From positions 1-64,000 of the forward strand of contig JAXLNO010000357.1 in the NCBI GenBank assembly GCA_038087875.1: 64,000 nucleotides of DNA. The letters are read 5' to 3'. The stretch comes from Malacoraja senta. Lineage: Eukaryota. Of the stretch, positions 63,274 to 64,000 are shown piece after piece. Position 1 is the first letter of the stretch; each line of letters starts with the position of its first letter. A program made the translations under genes and the position numbers. The notes under the pieces were generated by a model that worked only from the letters and a program-made list of their open reading frames with translations, was not told the origin of the DNA and did not search any database.

Positions 63274-64000
63274 TCTAAAATTTTTACTTGATTGATCGCT
63301 TACAGGCACTGCCTGCCCTGCAGTATTTCCAGTTTCTGCCTTAATATAGGCTTTACAACACCTACAGTTTTAATGCTTTTTATTTTATACACTTGTTAGG
63401 GTATTTTACAATGACTGGTGTGTAAAAAAAAAGCAAGGCCTTCATTAATTCAACCACTGCTCCTTGATTAAGATAGTGAAAACTCTAAGCAGTACACCCT
63501 GTTGTGGAGGACTGAAGCAACAACTGCAACACTGCCTCATGAACTCCACAGCAACACTGAAGTTTCCGTTACTTTCCCAGTTTAGCCTTGCCATCATTAT
63601 AATTGCAAAATCTAATCCATTAAATTTTTACGTAGGACATTTTGTTTTTGTGAGCACCAATTCAGAAAATGCGTAATAGAGATATTATATCACTAATAGG
63701 ATTGCAAGTAAGCAATTCCTGTTTGCTGCAGCAATATAATTTGTGGGACCTAATTTTTTTTTACTATGATTATGGTGGATGTCCGGTGTAGCCAAAGGTA
63801 ATGGTCCTGCCTTGGAAAAAGGAATTAAGCTTAAGATTGCATTATGAACACAAAGGCAAAACCGAGATAGATGAACCCTCCTACAATTTCGTAGATTAAA
63901 TTGTAGGAGCCAATCTGAACCATGGTTAGCATTTCTCATATCATCTATCTAAACATGCTCTGCATTCTAACACCTCCCACCATCAACTACAAGGCTTACA

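Overview
Repeat-dense eukaryotic genomic DNA, most likely intronic or intergenic. The repeat content (HE1-type V-SINEs with CR1 tails, CR1, Rex1/Babar, Penelope-like elements) points to a cartilaginous fish such as a skate or ray; this is an inference. I recognise no host gene. Every ORF with recognisable protein similarity is a broken retroelement reverse transcriptase or endonuclease. Contents: about a dozen tRNA-derived V-SINEs; many CR1 and Rex1 LINE fragments; one young Crack/L2-group LINE 3' end; Penelope-like fragments and many short derivatives carrying minimal hammerhead ribozyme cores (CTGANGA...GAAACGTH), several with 15-18 bp target-site duplications (TSDs) and inverted or tandem architecture; PIF/Harbinger-type MITEs; a 1.6 kb TIR element with a 7 bp TSD; three non-autonomous Helitrons; two short LTRs; and a possible DIRS-like remnant. 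Most notable are the hammerhead mini-elements, a covarying RNA hairpin shared by retroposons with different LINE tails, exon-like Helitron cargo and a perfect 36 bp inverted repeat. Boundaries of old repeats are approximate. All family calls were made by eye, without database searches.
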